A stretch of DNA of 61,146 nt, filler included, from Malassezia furfur (Eukaryota), in assembly GCA_052055015.1 (NCBI GenBank). It is 2 parts of 2 records of this genome, joined end to end, with 100 filler letters (N's around TTAATTAATTAA, not from the genome) between each part and the next. Parts side by side here need not be neighbours in the genome. Positions count along the whole stretch, not along the records: positions 30,640 to 61,146 come from JBQJIT010000101.1; 1 more part is not named here. The stretch is one strand, 5' to 3'. A model generated the notes under the pieces. The model was not told where the DNA came from, searched no databases, and was given only the letters and a program-made list of their open reading frames with translations. The position numbers and the translations under genes are program-made. The first letter of the stretch is position 1. Each line of letters begins with the position of its first letter. This document shows, piece after piece, positions 37,046-48,905 of this stretch.

Positions 37046-37098
37046 ATAGATGCGTGTTGTGTATAATAGGAAACGTGGACGTTCACTTTTTTTGACCC

Positions 37099-38015
37099 CT
37101 ATGGCACAGGCCACTCGGCGCGGATGCGATCCACGGCCGCAGGTACCTTGGCGTACGGAATGGCAAAGATGCGCGCAAAGATGGGCGCCTCGTACGTGTC
37201 GGCCGCGTCCGGCTGCGGCGGGAAGCGGAAGTGGAACTTGTGCGTGGCAAACTCGGCGAGCAGCTCGTCTTCGGGGTGGAAGGAGCCGAGGCCGTCGGCG
37301 AGCTTCGACGCCTGCTTCTGCGCCGCAGCCTTGCCGCGCGACGACTGTGCGTCGCCCTGCGCGTGCGTCGGCGCACGGCGCTTCCTCGCACCAGCGAGGC
37401 CCGTGTCCTCCTCGACCGCGTCCATCGAAAATGCGCGCGAAAAGATGAGCAGATGCGTCGGCGCAGGAGCAGGGGGCGTCACTTCCTGCCGGCCCTCTTC
37501 GTATTCTTCATAGAGCATTGTGAGCAGCGGCGGGAACAGCTGCGCAGGCAGGTTGACCATGCGTTCGTGCAGGAACCACAGGAGTGGCTTGCTTGCATCC
37601 GCACCCTGCACGAGGTCGAGCAGCGGCTTGCCCGACGCCGAACCCGTGAGATGCTTGACGAGGTACGCACGGAGCAGGTCGGCCGCGGGCGTCGCACCCT
37701 TTTCGCCAATCGTCACGGCGCTCGCGACCGCGTAGGGGTCGTGGATCTGCTCCATGTCGTCCACCTTGACCACGGTGCCGATGCCGTGGTTCTGGCTGAG
37801 CTGCACGACGTAGTCGGCGACGGCCGACAGGTCCATCTGCGGCGCGTTGGTATAAAACAGCTGCTGGAACAGGCGGATCAGCGCCTGGAAATCCACATCA
37901 CTCGGTGCGCGGAAGTCGAACTCGACATTGATGATATCCTGCATGAGCATGCGTCGCTTACAATCTCCTCGTCCGACTCGTCGTGCCGCGTCTCGCCGTG
38001 CGCTGCGTCGGTCAT
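37099..38015 (-). CDS. BCP1: Bcp1/BCCIP (uL14 chaperone, 60S export factor); intron 37939-37961
   Basis: DEEI|DIINVEFDF….DFQAL..L..QLF, GTVVKVD, ERMVNLP.QL.PPL, FHPEDE. Confidence 0.88.
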
Positions 38016-38233
38016 GACAAAGAGGCTACAAGGCGGCAGGGCCACGTGGGCGACGCGTGCCGCCCGGGCCTAGGGGGGTGCCAGGGGGGATTTACGTGAT
38101 TCCGGCACACCGTCGGACGTTACACTTCGCGCACTTTGTCCGTGTCTGCCCTGGCGCCCCGCACCGGCGATAGACACACCGGCTTTCTCCACCACTTTCC
38201 TAAGCGGGTGATCGTCTGAGCGCGAGCATCATC

Positions 38234-39766
38234 ATGGCTCCGCCGACTGCCCCGGCGCCGTACGCGGGACGGAACAATGCGCCGGCCGATTCCTCCTCTG
38301 CGCTCATACAGCACCCCACGTCTGTTTCTAGCCATCGCGCGGCCCGTCCCGTCCAAGGCGCCGCACAGTCCTCTATGGCGCTCGGGAAGCCCGTGCAGGC
38401 TGCGGGATTCTCGTCCTCCCCTACCACCACCGTCGCGTCGCACTCGCCTGTGCTCGTGCCGGAACCCGAATTCAACCGCGCGCGCGCGCCCTCGGTACCG
38501 TCCGCGGCACCTACATCTTCGCACAGCACAGGAAACATGCAACAGAATGCCACGCTTGGCGCTTCGCAATCGCCCTCGTTTGCACGGCCGAGCGTCGACT
38601 CCGCGCAGATGTCCCCTACGCCGGCGACGGAAACGGCGGTGGGCTCCCCCGTACGCATGGAGCAGGCACGCTCTGCGACCGGGCCGCGGAGGCCCGATCC
38701 GCCAGAGCCGCGGCGGCCTAAAGGCTTGCAGAAACTCTTTGCACTGTTGACCTGCTCGTCGTCTTCGACGGAAGCTGCCGCACTCGACGAGTCACGGCCC
38801 GCACCGACGCGACCTGCGGTCGCCCCCGCGCCGCAGCCCAAGGTGCTGCCGCCCAGCACATCGCAAAGCACCCTCTCTCCGTCCAATCCGCCGCCCAAGT
38901 CCACACCGCAAGAACGCGTGCGGCACTCGGTGGTGCTGCCGGCGTCTGCCAGCGGTCTGCCGCCTGCTCAGGAAGATGATGCGCATCTCCCATCGCGCGA
39001 CAGCGTGATTGGGCCACCCAGCACCGCAACTCACAGCGAAGAGCCGGACGAGTACGGCGGAGGGATCATTGCATCGGTGGGCCAAAACGGCGGAGTTTCG
39101 ATGGCGTTTGACAACGACATGGTGTCAGAGCAGGAGCTGATCGCCGAGGAGCAGCGCCTTATCAGCCAAGGAGGCACAGGCATCCTGCTCGACGAGAACG
39201 GCCAGCCCCGTCCACTGCTGCCCGCAGCGCAAGGTGTGGCAGCGACGCGCAAGTGCCTTGTGCTTGATCTAGACGAGACGTTGGTGCACAGCAGTTTCAA
39301 GATGGTGCCGAACGCTGATTTTGTTGTCCCAGTGGAGATTGATGGAGTAACACACAACGTGTACGTGATCAAGCGCCCCGGTGTGGATGAGTTCCTGCGG
39401 GAAATGGGCCAGCTGTACGAGGTGGTGATCTTTACGGCCTCGCTGAACAAGTACGCGGACCCCGTGATTGATATCCTGGACATTCACCACTCGGTGCACC
39501 ACCGCCTCTTCCGTGAGTCCTGCTACAACCACTATGGAAATTACGTGAAGGACCTCTCGCAGCTGGGTCGCCCGCTGCACGATACCATTATCCTCGACAA
39601 CTCCCCCGCCTCCTATATCTTCCATCCTTCAAATGCCGTCCCGGTGTCGAGCTGGTTCAACGACCCACACGACACGGAGCTGACGGATCTCTCTCCCTTC
39701 TTGCAAGATCTTGTTGATGTGGACGACATCCGCATCGTCCTCGACGGGTGTATTCACCCAGATTAG
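38234..39766 (+). CDS. PSR1: Psr1/Psr2-like (SCP/CTDSP family) HAD phosphatase
   Basis: [56 protein letters not shown]. Confidence 0.92.
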   Translation: MAPPTAPAPYAGRNNAPADSSSALIQHPTSVSSHRAARPVQGAAQSSMALGKPVQAAGFSSSPTTTVASHSPVLVPEPEFNRARAPSVPSAAPTSSHSTGNMQQNATLGASQSPSFARPSVDSAQMSPTPATETAVGSPVRMEQARSATGPRRPDPPEPRRPKGLQKLFALLTCSSSSTEAAALDESRPAPTRPAVAPAPQPKVLPPSTSQSTLSPSNPPPKSTPQERVRHSVVLPASASGLPPAQEDDAHLPSRDSVIGPPSTATHSEEPDEYGGGIIASVGQNGGVSMAFDNDMVSEQELIAEEQRLISQGGTGILLDENGQPRPLLPAAQGVAATRKCLVLDLDETLVHSSFKMVPNADFVVPVEIDGVTHNVYVIKRPGVDEFLREMGQLYEVVIFTASLNKYADPVIDILDIHHSVHHRLFRESCYNHYGNYVKDLSQLGRPLHDTIILDNSPASYIFHPSNAVPVSSWFNDPHDTELTDLSPFLQDLVDVDDIRIVLDGCIHPD

Positions 39767-39820
39767 CCTTGGCCTGTGCGCCGACCTTCGTTTGCCACGT
39801 GGTAGATCCATAGCATCGCG

Positions 39821-40506
39821 ATGCACGTCGATCGACTTGCCGACGCCGTCCTGCGGGGCGCCGATGCGTAGGTGGTGAGTGCTCACACAGTCTTCACGAG
39901 CACCGGCGCTTTCTCGTGGGAATCTCGGGCATCCCAGGTGCGGGCAAGTCGACCATCGCGCAGCTCGTTACCGAACGCATCAACGAGCGGAGCGGCGCAG
40001 AGGTATGCATCTGTGTCGGTATGGACGGCTGGCACTTTTCGCGGAAGCAGCTGGACGCAATGGACGACCCGGCGCATGCACACGCGCGTCGTGGCGCTGC
40101 GTTCACGTTTGACGCCGACGCGTTTGTCGCATGGGTGGAGCAGTTGCACCAGCCGGCTTCCGGCGCGGACTTGCCGACCCTCCCGGCACCCACATTCTCG
40201 CACGCAGAAAAAGACCCTGTCGCAGACGGCGTGGTCATCCGGCCGCAACACAAGATCGTCATTGTCGAGGGTCTCTATTGCAACCTGGACGTGGAGCCCT
40301 GGCGTCGTGCGGCCGTGTGCTGGGACCTGCGGTGGTTTGTCGAGGTTTCCGAAGCGGAAGCGCGCGCGCGTCTTACACGGCGACACGTCGAGGCCGGGCT
40401 AGCGGCCGATGCGGAGGCTGCGCAGCACCGCGCGGATACCAACGACCTGCCGAACGGCGCGTGGATCATTGCACACACCTTGGAGCCGATTGAGCGGCTA
40501 CGGTAA
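39821..40506 (+). CDS. Yfh7-like P-loop kinase (uridine/pantothenate kinase-like); intron 39868-39890
   Basis: RFLVGISGIPGAGKST, MDGWH..R..LD, RRGA.FTFD, PTFSH..KDP, IVEGLY, NDLPN. Confidence 0.85.
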
Positions 40507-40519
40507 GGTAGAGAGCTAT

Positions 40520-41017
40520 TTAGTAAGGCCGCGCGGCCGCCTGGCACGCCTTCAGTTGCTCGAGGTAGTACGAGCAGGCGTTCATGTCGTTGGTCTTTTC
40601 CAGGCACTGCAGGAAGTCCTTGCTCTGCGCGTCGCAGTTGATGCCAACCTGCGGCTGGGCAAACTCGGACGTCTGGGCCTGCTGCTGGGCCGGCGGCGCG
40701 TCGTATGCCGGCGCCGGCTCGGAGCGGCCGCCAAAGAGCATGTTGCTAATACCGTGGCCAACCGTCTGTGGTTAGAAAGCGAAACGTACCGAGCCGACCG
40801 CGACACCGGCGGCCGTCGAAGCCATTTGGCCAAACAGGCCGGGCTGCTGCTGCTGCACGTACGGCTGCTGCGTGTGCGGCTGTGCGTGCGTCTGCGGCGC
40901 CGTCTGCTGGCGGGGCGCCATCGAGGGGGCCGAGGAGTGCGGCGCCGACATGGTGTGCATGCCGCGTGCGCCAGCGGGCGCAGGGCGGGGGCCAGAAGAA
41001 CGGGAGTTGCGGGGCAT
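40520..41017 (-). CDS. MIX17: Mitochondrial intermembrane CX9C protein Mix17/CHCHD2; intron 40766-40789
   Basis: PGLFGQMASTAAGVAVGS|TVGHGISNMLFGG and twin CX9C (CDAQSKDFLQC…CSYYLEQLKAC). Confidence 0.93.
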
Positions 41018-41131
41018 GGTATAGAAGGGTAGAGGCTGACGAATCCCCCACGTGTGGTGCGTAGGCGCAGCGTTTGCCACTTCGGCCGACGACAAAATTT
41101 TTGTGGACGACGGCCGTGGCGCGTGGAGACC

Positions 41132-44100
41132 ATGTCGGAGACGACGCAGGTGCATCGCGCGCATCGCGCAGCGCAGGCGGGCCCCAAGTCGGCCAAGGCC
41201 AAGGGCCGAGAGCGGCACAAGAATAGCTTCAACCCAAAGGCGTTCATCGCCGCGCACCCGTTTGCGGCGGACAAGCAGGTGCGCCGCAATGCGGAGCTCG
41301 ATCAGCAGCGGCTGCATGTGCCGATGGTGAACCGCACGCCGGACACGGAGCCGCCGCCCGTGATCATTGCAATTGTCGGGCCACAGGGTGTCGGCAAGTC
41401 GACGCTGATGCGCAGCCTGATCCGGCGCTATACGAAGCATACCGTGGCGAACATCGCCGGCCCTGTGACGGTGGTCGCCGGAAAATCGCGCCGCTTGACG
41501 TTTATTGAGTGCAACAACGACATCAACTCGATGCTGGATATCGGAAAGATTGCGGACCTTGTGCTGCTGATGATTGACGGCAGCTTCGGGTTCGAAATGG
41601 AGACGATGGAGTTCCTCAATATCCTACAGGCGCACGGTTTCCCCAAGGTCATGGGCGTGCTGACGCACCTCGACCTGATCAAGAAGCCGAAGACGCTGCG
41701 TGCGACCAAGAAGCGGCTCAAGCACCGCTTTTGGACCGAGATCTACCAGGGCGCCAAGCTGTTCTACCTCTCGGGCGTGATCAATGGGCGGTACCCTGAC
41801 ACGGAAATCCAGAATTTGTGTCGCTTCATCAGCGTGATGAAGTTCCGCCCGCTCGTATTCCGCAACACGCACCCCTACTTCCTCGTGGACCGTATGGAGG
41901 AGCTGACGCCGCGTGATCTCGTGAGCGAAAACCCCAAAATGGACCGGACAATCACCGTGTACGGCTACCTGCGCGGTACGCCGCTACGCAACCAGCAGCC
42001 GGTGCACATCCCCGGTGTAGGCGACCTGACCATTGCGTCGATCGAGGCGCTGAACGACCCGTGCCCGCTGCCCACGCAAGAGAGCGAGCGCCGGCGGCGG
42101 CTGAGCGACAAGGCGAAGCTGATTCACGCGCCGATGAGCGATGTGGGCGGCGTCATGTTCGACAAGGATGCTGTATATATCAACGTGCCGGGCCACTTTT
42201 CCAAGCGCGACGGCGACAATACCCAACCGGTCGGCGAGGGCGAGCAGATGATGATGGATCTGCAGGACGCCCGCACGACGCTCGGCGACCGCGCAGCGCT
42301 TGGCGAGCTGCGCCTCCTCGGCGACTCGGACGCGCCGGTGAACGTGAGCCGTGGGCGCCGCCGTGCGTTTGAAGAGGACGTCGTGGATGACGACGCGAGC
42401 GACGTGTCGGATGCGGAGGAGGACGACGACGACGCCGACGCCGACGGCGTGCCGCGTGGCATGGACGACGACGAGGAGCAAGACGAGGAGGTGGCGTACG
42501 CCGAGAGCGACTCGGACATGAGCATGGGCGAGGACGCCGTGGCGCCATGGAAGATGGGCCTTGCGCAGCGTGCCGAGGACACGGTGCTAGCCAACCGTGC
42601 GCGCAACAAGAACCTGATGCGGCGCATCTACGACTCTGCCGAGACGCCTGAGCAGATTGCGGGCCTGGATGCAGCGGAGGACGAGGAGGAAGACGCGGGG
42701 ATGGGCGACGACTTCCTCAAGCTCGTGTCGCGCGACGAGGAGCGTGCCGATGCACCTGTGCCCGAGGCGGCGCGGCCGGCCGCTACACTGGAGTCGGTGC
42801 AGATGTGGGAGGACGACGAGGCGCTCGAGGCGCTGCGTACGCGCTTCATCACGGGCGACGCCGCGTCCGGTGGGGCGGCCGAGGGCGACGACGACGCCGA
42901 GGACGGTGCTCCGTCGGCCGAAACACAGGAGCAGACGCTTGCCGAAAAGAAGGCGGCGCTGAAGCGCAAGTTTGACGAGCAGTACGACGATGGCTCCGAC
43001 GAGGACGCCGACGAGGACTGGTACACGACGCAGAAGCGCGAGCTTGCGCGACAGGCCGAGATGAACGAGGCCGAGTTTGCCGCCGAGGACGATGCGGTGC
43101 GCACGCAAGTCGCCGGCTTCCGCTCCGGGACGTACGTGCGCGTGGAGCTGGCCAACATCCCGTGTGAGTTTGTGGAGCACTTCGACCCGCGCTACCCCGT
43201 GGTGGTGGGCGGCCTGAACCCCAACGAGACCGCGTTTGGCTTCTTGCAGGTGCGCATCAAGCGCCACCGCTGGCACAAGAAGATCCTCAAGACCAACGAC
43301 CCGCTTATCTTCTCGATGGGCTGGCGGCGCTTCCAGAGCATGCCGGTGTACACGCTGGACGACGGCACACGCAACCGCATGCTCAAGTACACACCCGAGC
43401 ACATGCACTGCCTGGCGAGCTTCTATGGCCCCGCGGCGCTGCCCAACACGGGCTTCTGTGCATTCAATACGCTCTCCTCGGCTGTGCCCTCGTTCCGCAT
43501 CAGCGCGACGGGTGTGGTCATGGGCGTCGACTCGGGCAACGGCGCGTCGCACAAGATCGTCAAGAAGCTCAAGCTGACGGGCACACCCGCCAAGGTGTTC
43601 AAGAACACGGCGTTTATCAAGGACATGTTCACCTCGAAGCTCGAGGTGGCCAAGTTTGAGGGCGCCCAGCTCAAGACCGTGTCGGGCCTGCGTGGCCAAG
43701 TGAAGAAGGCGCTCGCCAAGCCCGAGGGCCAGTTCCGTGCGGCGTTCGAGGACAAGATCCTGATGAGCGACATTGTGTTCTTGCGCGCATGGTACAACAT
43801 TGTGCCGCGCATGTACTACAACCCCGTGACCTCGCTGCTGCTCGACCCGCAGCTCGGGCGCGAGTGGTCCGGCATGCGCCTCACCGGCACGGTGCGGCGC
43901 GACGAGGGCCTCAAGACGCCGCTGCGCGTCGACTCGACCTACAAGAAAGTGGAGCGCCCCGAGCAGCGCCGCTTCAACCCGCTGCGTGTGCCCAAGGCGC
44001 TGCAGGCCGCGCTGCCGTACAGCAGCAAGCCGCACACCACCAAGGCGCAGCGCAAACCGACCTACCTGCAGAAGCGCGCCGTGGTCATGGAGAAGGGCGA

Positions 44101-44308
44101 GCGCGACACGGTGGCTCTCCTGCAGCAGATGCAGGCGGTGCAGCACGCCAAGATGCAGAAGCGCCAGGAGAAGCGCCAGCAGAAGCTCGCGGAGCGCGCC
44201 AAGGAGCTCGAGAAGAAGGCGGGCGTGCACGCCGAGAAGCAAAAGGAGCGCATGAAGGCCATCTACAAGGAGCAGGGGCAGCGCGCTGCGAAAAAGCCCA
44301 AGACATAG
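41132..44308 (+). CDS. BMS1: Ribosome biogenesis GTPase Bms1
   Basis: NPKAF, GPQGVGKST, DLVLLMIDGSFGFEMET, HGFPKVMGVLTHLD, RMLKYTPEHMHC, FEDKILMSDIVFLR. Confidence 0.97.
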   Translation: MSETTQVHRAHRAAQAGPKSAKAKGRERHKNSFNPKAFIAAHPFAADKQVRRNAELDQQRLHVPMVNRTPDTEPPPVIIAIVGPQGVGKSTLMRSLIRRYTKHTVANIAGPVTVVAGKSRRLTFIECNNDINSMLDIGKIADLVLLMIDGSFGFEMETMEFLNILQAHGFPKVMGVLTHLDLIKKPKTLRATKKRLKHRFWTEIYQGAKLFYLSGVINGRYPDTEIQNLCRFISVMKFRPLVFRNTHPYFLVDRMEELTPRDLVSENPKMDRTITVYGYLRGTPLRNQQPVHIPGVGDLTIASIEALNDPCPLPTQESERRRRLSDKAKLIHAPMSDVGGVMFDKDAVYINVPGHFSKRDGDNTQPVGEGEQMMMDLQDARTTLGDRAALGELRLLGDSDAPVNVSRGRRRAFEEDVVDDDASDVSDAEEDDDDADADGVPRGMDDDEEQDEEVAYAESDSDMSMGEDAVAPWKMGLAQRAEDTVLANRARNKNLMRRIYDSAETPEQIAGLDAAEDEEEDAGMGDDFLKLVSRDEERADAPVPEAARPAATLESVQMWEDDEALEALRTRFITGDAASGGAAEGDDDAEDGAPSAETQEQTLAEKKAALKRKFDEQYDDGSDEDADEDWYTTQKRELARQAEMNEAEFAAEDDAVRTQVAGFRSGTYVRVELANIPCEFVEHFDPRYPVVVGGLNPNETAFGFLQVRIKRHRWHKKILKTNDPLIFSMGWRRFQSMPVYTLDDGTRNRMLKYTPEHMHCLASFYGPAALPNTGFCAFNTLSSAVPSFRISATGVVMGVDSGNGASHKIVKKLKLTGTPAKVFKNTAFIKDMFTSKLEVAKFEGAQLKTVSGLRGQVKKALAKPEGQFRAAFEDKILMSDIVFLRAWYNIVPRMYYNPVTSLLLDPQLGREWSGMRLTGTVRRDEGLKTPLRVDSTYKKVERPEQRRFNPLRVPKALQAALPYSSKPHTTKAQRKPTYLQKRAVVMEKGERDTVALLQQMQAVQHAKMQKRQEKRQQKLAERAKELEKKAGVHAEKQKERMKAIYKEQGQRAAKKPKT

Positions 44309-47300
44309 CTAGTCGAGATCAAGGGCGCCATCGTGGGCGGCGTCGACCAACTCTTCGAGCACCTCGACTGCCTGGGCGTCCGTGTGCACACGCGCGAGCG
44401 CGAGTGCCGGCACCGCCTGCCGCGGGTCCGCGAGCGTGCGGTGTGCGGGCGCGAGGCGCTCGGGGCGGCCGTCGGCGACGTATTTTTCGTATTTGCTGTG
44501 TGAGCGAGCGACGTACGCATCCGTGAGTTTGTACACTTTTTGGAGGTGCGAGCGCAGCGCCTGCGCCGCCTGCACCACAAGCGCGGCGTGCGCGAGGCCG
44601 CGCGCGGCTTCGTCGGCCGCCGCGCCGCCACCGTCGCTAGTGTCGTCGCCTTCTTCGTCGGTCAGGGGGCTGGGGCCGCGCTGGCGCAGGTGCCGCTCTG
44701 CAGCACCGACCACCTGCATGCCAAACACGGCGTGGAGGCGGTGCAGCTCGTGCAGCACCCACAGCGGCTCGTCGAGCACCTTGTACTCGAGCGTCGCGAG
44801 GTTCTCGATGGCAAACGCGGCCAGCGCCACGTCGGCCTCGGCGCACGCCGCGGCGTGCGACACCTCGCACAGGCGCACGAGCGCGCGCAGAAAGGCGTGG
44901 CGTGCGCTGCGCTGCTCGCGCACCATCGCGTACCAGCCCTGGAAGAGCGCCACTGGCTCGTCGTCCTCGCGAAAGCCGCGCGGGCGCTCGGTGTGCTGCG
45001 CCGCGCCAAACGCAAATGCCGCGCGCATCGGCTCGACATAGTGCGTTGCGAGGAGCGTCGCGTGCTTCGTGACGAGGTGCCAGTGCAGCCCGAGCGCACG
45101 GCGGCGCACCGCCGCGTCGTCGGCCGTCTCGAGCGCGACGAGGTATGGCAGGCACTGCAGGGGGTGCGCCAGGCCCTGCAGCACGGCGACTTGTACAATC
45201 TCGAGCGCCGTGCGCTGCAGCGCCGCATGCTGCACGTCCAGCGTCGCATGCAGCACCGCTGGCGCGTACCGCTGCACGAGCGCCGATGCGATGCCGGTGT
45301 CGGCGTGCTCGTCCGTGGTGCCGCGCAGCTCGCTAAGCACGTCGGCGGGCGTGTCTGCTATGCGCGGCGCCGCAGCGTCGGTGCCCGCGTCACTCTCGAG
45401 GTAGTCGAGCAACACACGCAGCACGAGATGCCGCACCTGCGGCGCGGCGTCCCCCAGCGCGGCATCGAGTGCGTGCGTAACGCGCGCATCGAGAAACAGC
45501 GCGGGGCGCACACACAGCACCTGCCCGAGCGCCGCGAGCGCCGCGTGCGCAAACGCAGGACGCGCGTGCAGTGTGAGCAGCGCATCAAACGCCGCATGGA
45601 CCTCGGCGTCGGAGCGCGCGCCGTAGCGGCACAGCAGCGCGCTCATCGCCATCGCCAGATAGGCCGCGCGGTCGAGCGGCGTGGCGGGCGTCGCGTCCGC
45701 GGCGAGCGCCGTGAGCCGCGCCGCGCACGCGTCAAACGTGCGCTGCAGCAGCGCGCTATGGTGGGTCTGGTGCTCGATCACCGCACAGAAGCACGCGACG
45801 AGCGCCTCGAGCGCGGACGCATCGGGGCGCAGCGTGCATCGACTCACGAGAGGCGTCAGGCTCTGCTCGAGCGACTCGGCAAATGCGCGCGCCGTCCGCG
45901 GGAGATGCGGCAGCGTGCGCACATAGATTCGCAGCACTTCTTCCATCACCGCGATATCCTCCGGCTGGGTTAGCAGGGCAACGTACCGATTCGGCGCCGC
46001 TCACGTACGGCAGGAGTTGCGTCGCGCGGCGCACCGTCAGCACGGCGGGGTAGGCGGTGACGAGCTGCTGCACGACACGCAGGCGGTCCAGCACGGTCTG
46101 TGCGTCGGTGGGCGTCTCGGCAAAGAGGTGCGCCAACAGCGCGTCGACGAGCGCGCCAAGGCGCGAACGCACGCCAGCGTCGGTCGTGTCGATGCGCCGC
46201 AGAAACGCGTCGAGGGGGGACGGCCTTTCACGCACCCACGCGCCGACATCGGCGAGCAGCTGTGCACCGACCTCCACCGGCACTGCGAGCGCCGCCTCCT
46301 CGTCGCTGGCGTCCGCCGGCGTCGGCAGCCAGAGCGCCGCGAGCGTACGCACAGCAAGCGCCTGGATGCCGATGTCCTCGTCGTGCACGGCACGGACAAT
46401 GCGGACGACCGCCTCGAGCTGGTCAGCATACGCTTCGTCGCTCGCACACAGGCTCCGTAGCACACGCAGTACACGTCGGCGCACACCGACGGCCGCGTCC
46501 ATCGCGCGCGCAGCCACCTCGGCGCGGTACTCTGTACGTGCCGCGCGGCTCTGCAGCATGTACGCACCGAGGATCGCGATCGCCGTCTCGCGCACACTGG
46601 CGCTCGTGTCGACAACGTGCGCACGGACCACCTCACGCACCGCCGCGTCGTCAAGCAGGTGTGAGTCGACGGCGGCGATGTTGCCGAGCGCACGAAGGGC
46701 GCGTGTGCGGGTCGCCAATGCGGTAGCACTCGCGCCACGCAAGAGCGGCGCAATGAGCTGCGGCGTATGTACCATGTACGCACTGCTCAGCACGAGCTGC
46801 GGCACGACGGTGGCCTGAACAGGCGCGCCGGGCTCTGCGATGCGGATCCGCGCGTAGATGGCCGCGAGCGCTGCACGCACGGGGTCATCTGCGCTCGCGC
46901 CGCGGTGTGCGTCGAGCGCCGCAACGACCTCGTGCCCGAGCTGCGCAAGGTGGAACGCTGCAGCGGCGTCGGCGTCCGGCGTCGCGTGCGTACGCAAGCG
47001 GTGCGCGACGCCATACACAGCGCGCTCGCGGTCGTGTAGCGCATCGATGTCGGCATCTGCCGCCGCCTCAGCCACGGCACGCAGGGGCCGCAGGCGGCGC
47101 CGCGCGCCCAGCTCGGCGTGTGCGCGCTGCAGACGCGCCGCAACGACACCGAGGTGATCGAGAGCGATCGCCTTGGCGTCGACGCTGCTTTTTGCGTCGT
47201 GCACAAATGCGACAAACGTCCTACAGAAGCTCGCCAGCAGCACAGGTGCCGCGGGCCAGTCGGGCAGGAAGAGGAGCGTGAGCAGGTCGTCGAGCAGCGC

Positions 47301-48866
47301 GTACACGACGCTGGCGTAGCTCAGCTCCTGCGAGCTCTTGACGAGTTTGGCCTGTGCGGCCTTTTGCGCAAGGTAGCGCGCGACACTGTGTGCAAGCGCA
47401 TGCACCTCGCTTTGGTTCGTGGGCGGCGCAGGCGCGTCTGCACGCGCTTCTTCGATCCACGCGTGCACCTGCTCGCGGCGCGCGGGTGGCTCGGCGGCGG
47501 CCGCCTGCACGAGCTGCAGGAGCAGCGCGGTGAGTGCGTAGATTTTTTTGCCGTTCGCCAGCCGGAACTCGCGCGAATGTGCACGCAGGTCCGGCAGACG
47601 CAGCAGCGACACGAGGACCTCGCTCAACACCCACGTGCGCTGCGCGGGGTGGTGCGCAAACAGGTGGCGCAGTACGCCGAGGCCCGTGAGCCGTAGCGGG
47701 CGGAGCACCGCACCGCGGGTATATGCCGAGGTCGGCTCTGCATCGGATGCGGGGCGCGCCTCGGTGTCTTGTGCGTAGAACGGCGCCAGCGCTACGTATA
47801 CGCAAGCAATCAGCAGCGTGTCCGACACGCCGACGGTCGGCATAGCCAGCACCTCGTCGAGCTGCGCAAACGTCGCACACACAAGGTGGAAGTGCACGTC
47901 GATGTCGCGGAGCGCGTCGGGGCGCGGGTCCGCATCGAGATGCGCCGCGATATCCGCAAGCGGGCCAGTACCACTCGCGCGCGCCTCGACGAGCGGCACA
48001 ATGAGCCGCTCGAGCGGCGCCTTGAGCGTCGCGACGCACAGCTCCACGAGCTCCTCGGCGAAGAGGTGCTTGGGCAGGCGCTCGTGCGCGAGCACCACAA
48101 GTACGCACTGCGCGGCGACGAGGCCCGTGAGCGACACAGCGACACTCTCGCCGAGTGCGTCGTCCGGCGCAAACACACGCAGCGCCGCACGCATCGTGCG
48201 CTCGAGCACGTCGAGCAGGCGCGCCAGGTGCGTCGCGTCGAGGTCGAGCAGCGTGTGCGGCACGTCCGGCGCGTGCACGGCGGGCGTCTTGGAGTCGCGC
48301 GCACACCGGCGCAGCATGCTGTGCAGCTGGTGCAGCGCCGCCGGCCGCAGCACACGCTCGTCGTCGACGCGGTGCAAGAGGCGCGGCTCGGCGTGCCCAT
48401 CGTCTTCGCGCACGAGCGCCTCGAGCGTGCACTGCAGTGTAGCGGCAGGTGTGCGCGGTGCGGCGTGTGCCTCGGCGTGCGCAGGCGACTCATCGGGCGC
48501 GAGGAGCAGCGCCTCGCCCGAGTAGAGCTGCGCGTCGTCGAGGTCCCACGCATCGTCCATCTGCCCGTCGAACGCGTCGCTTGTCGCGGGAATCACGTCG
48601 CTGCGCTCGCCGGAGGCGAGACGCATGTATTTGGACGCGTCGCTGGTGGGCGCGTCACTTGTCGGCGCGTCGCTCGTCGGCGCGTCATCCGGCGCGCGCT
48701 TACCCAGCACCGTCGGCGGTGCCGCGCGGGTGCGCAGGCGCACGGGCACATCGTCTGCCCAGCTCGCATCAAAGTCGCCGTCTGGACTGGACTCGAGGCG
48801 TGCCGTGCCCACCTCTGCGGCGGGCGGCGGCGTGATGGGGTACGCCTCCGCGCCGCGCTCCGCCAT
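44309..48866 (-). CDS. SCC2: Cohesin loader Scc2/NIPBL (Mis4); introns 45965-45986 (22 nt) and probably 44496-44516 (21 nt)
   Basis: HEAT-repeat protein with QRTWVLSEVL, LDDLL..LFLPDWPAA, RTRALRAL, D.SASVRE, GVRRR, QGLAHPLQCLPYLVALET, and C-terminal HLQKVYKLTDA|KYEKY. Confidence 0.9.
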
Positions 48867-48905
48867 GAACCGAGTGGCGAACCTCCACTCTGAGGTACCT
48901 CCACG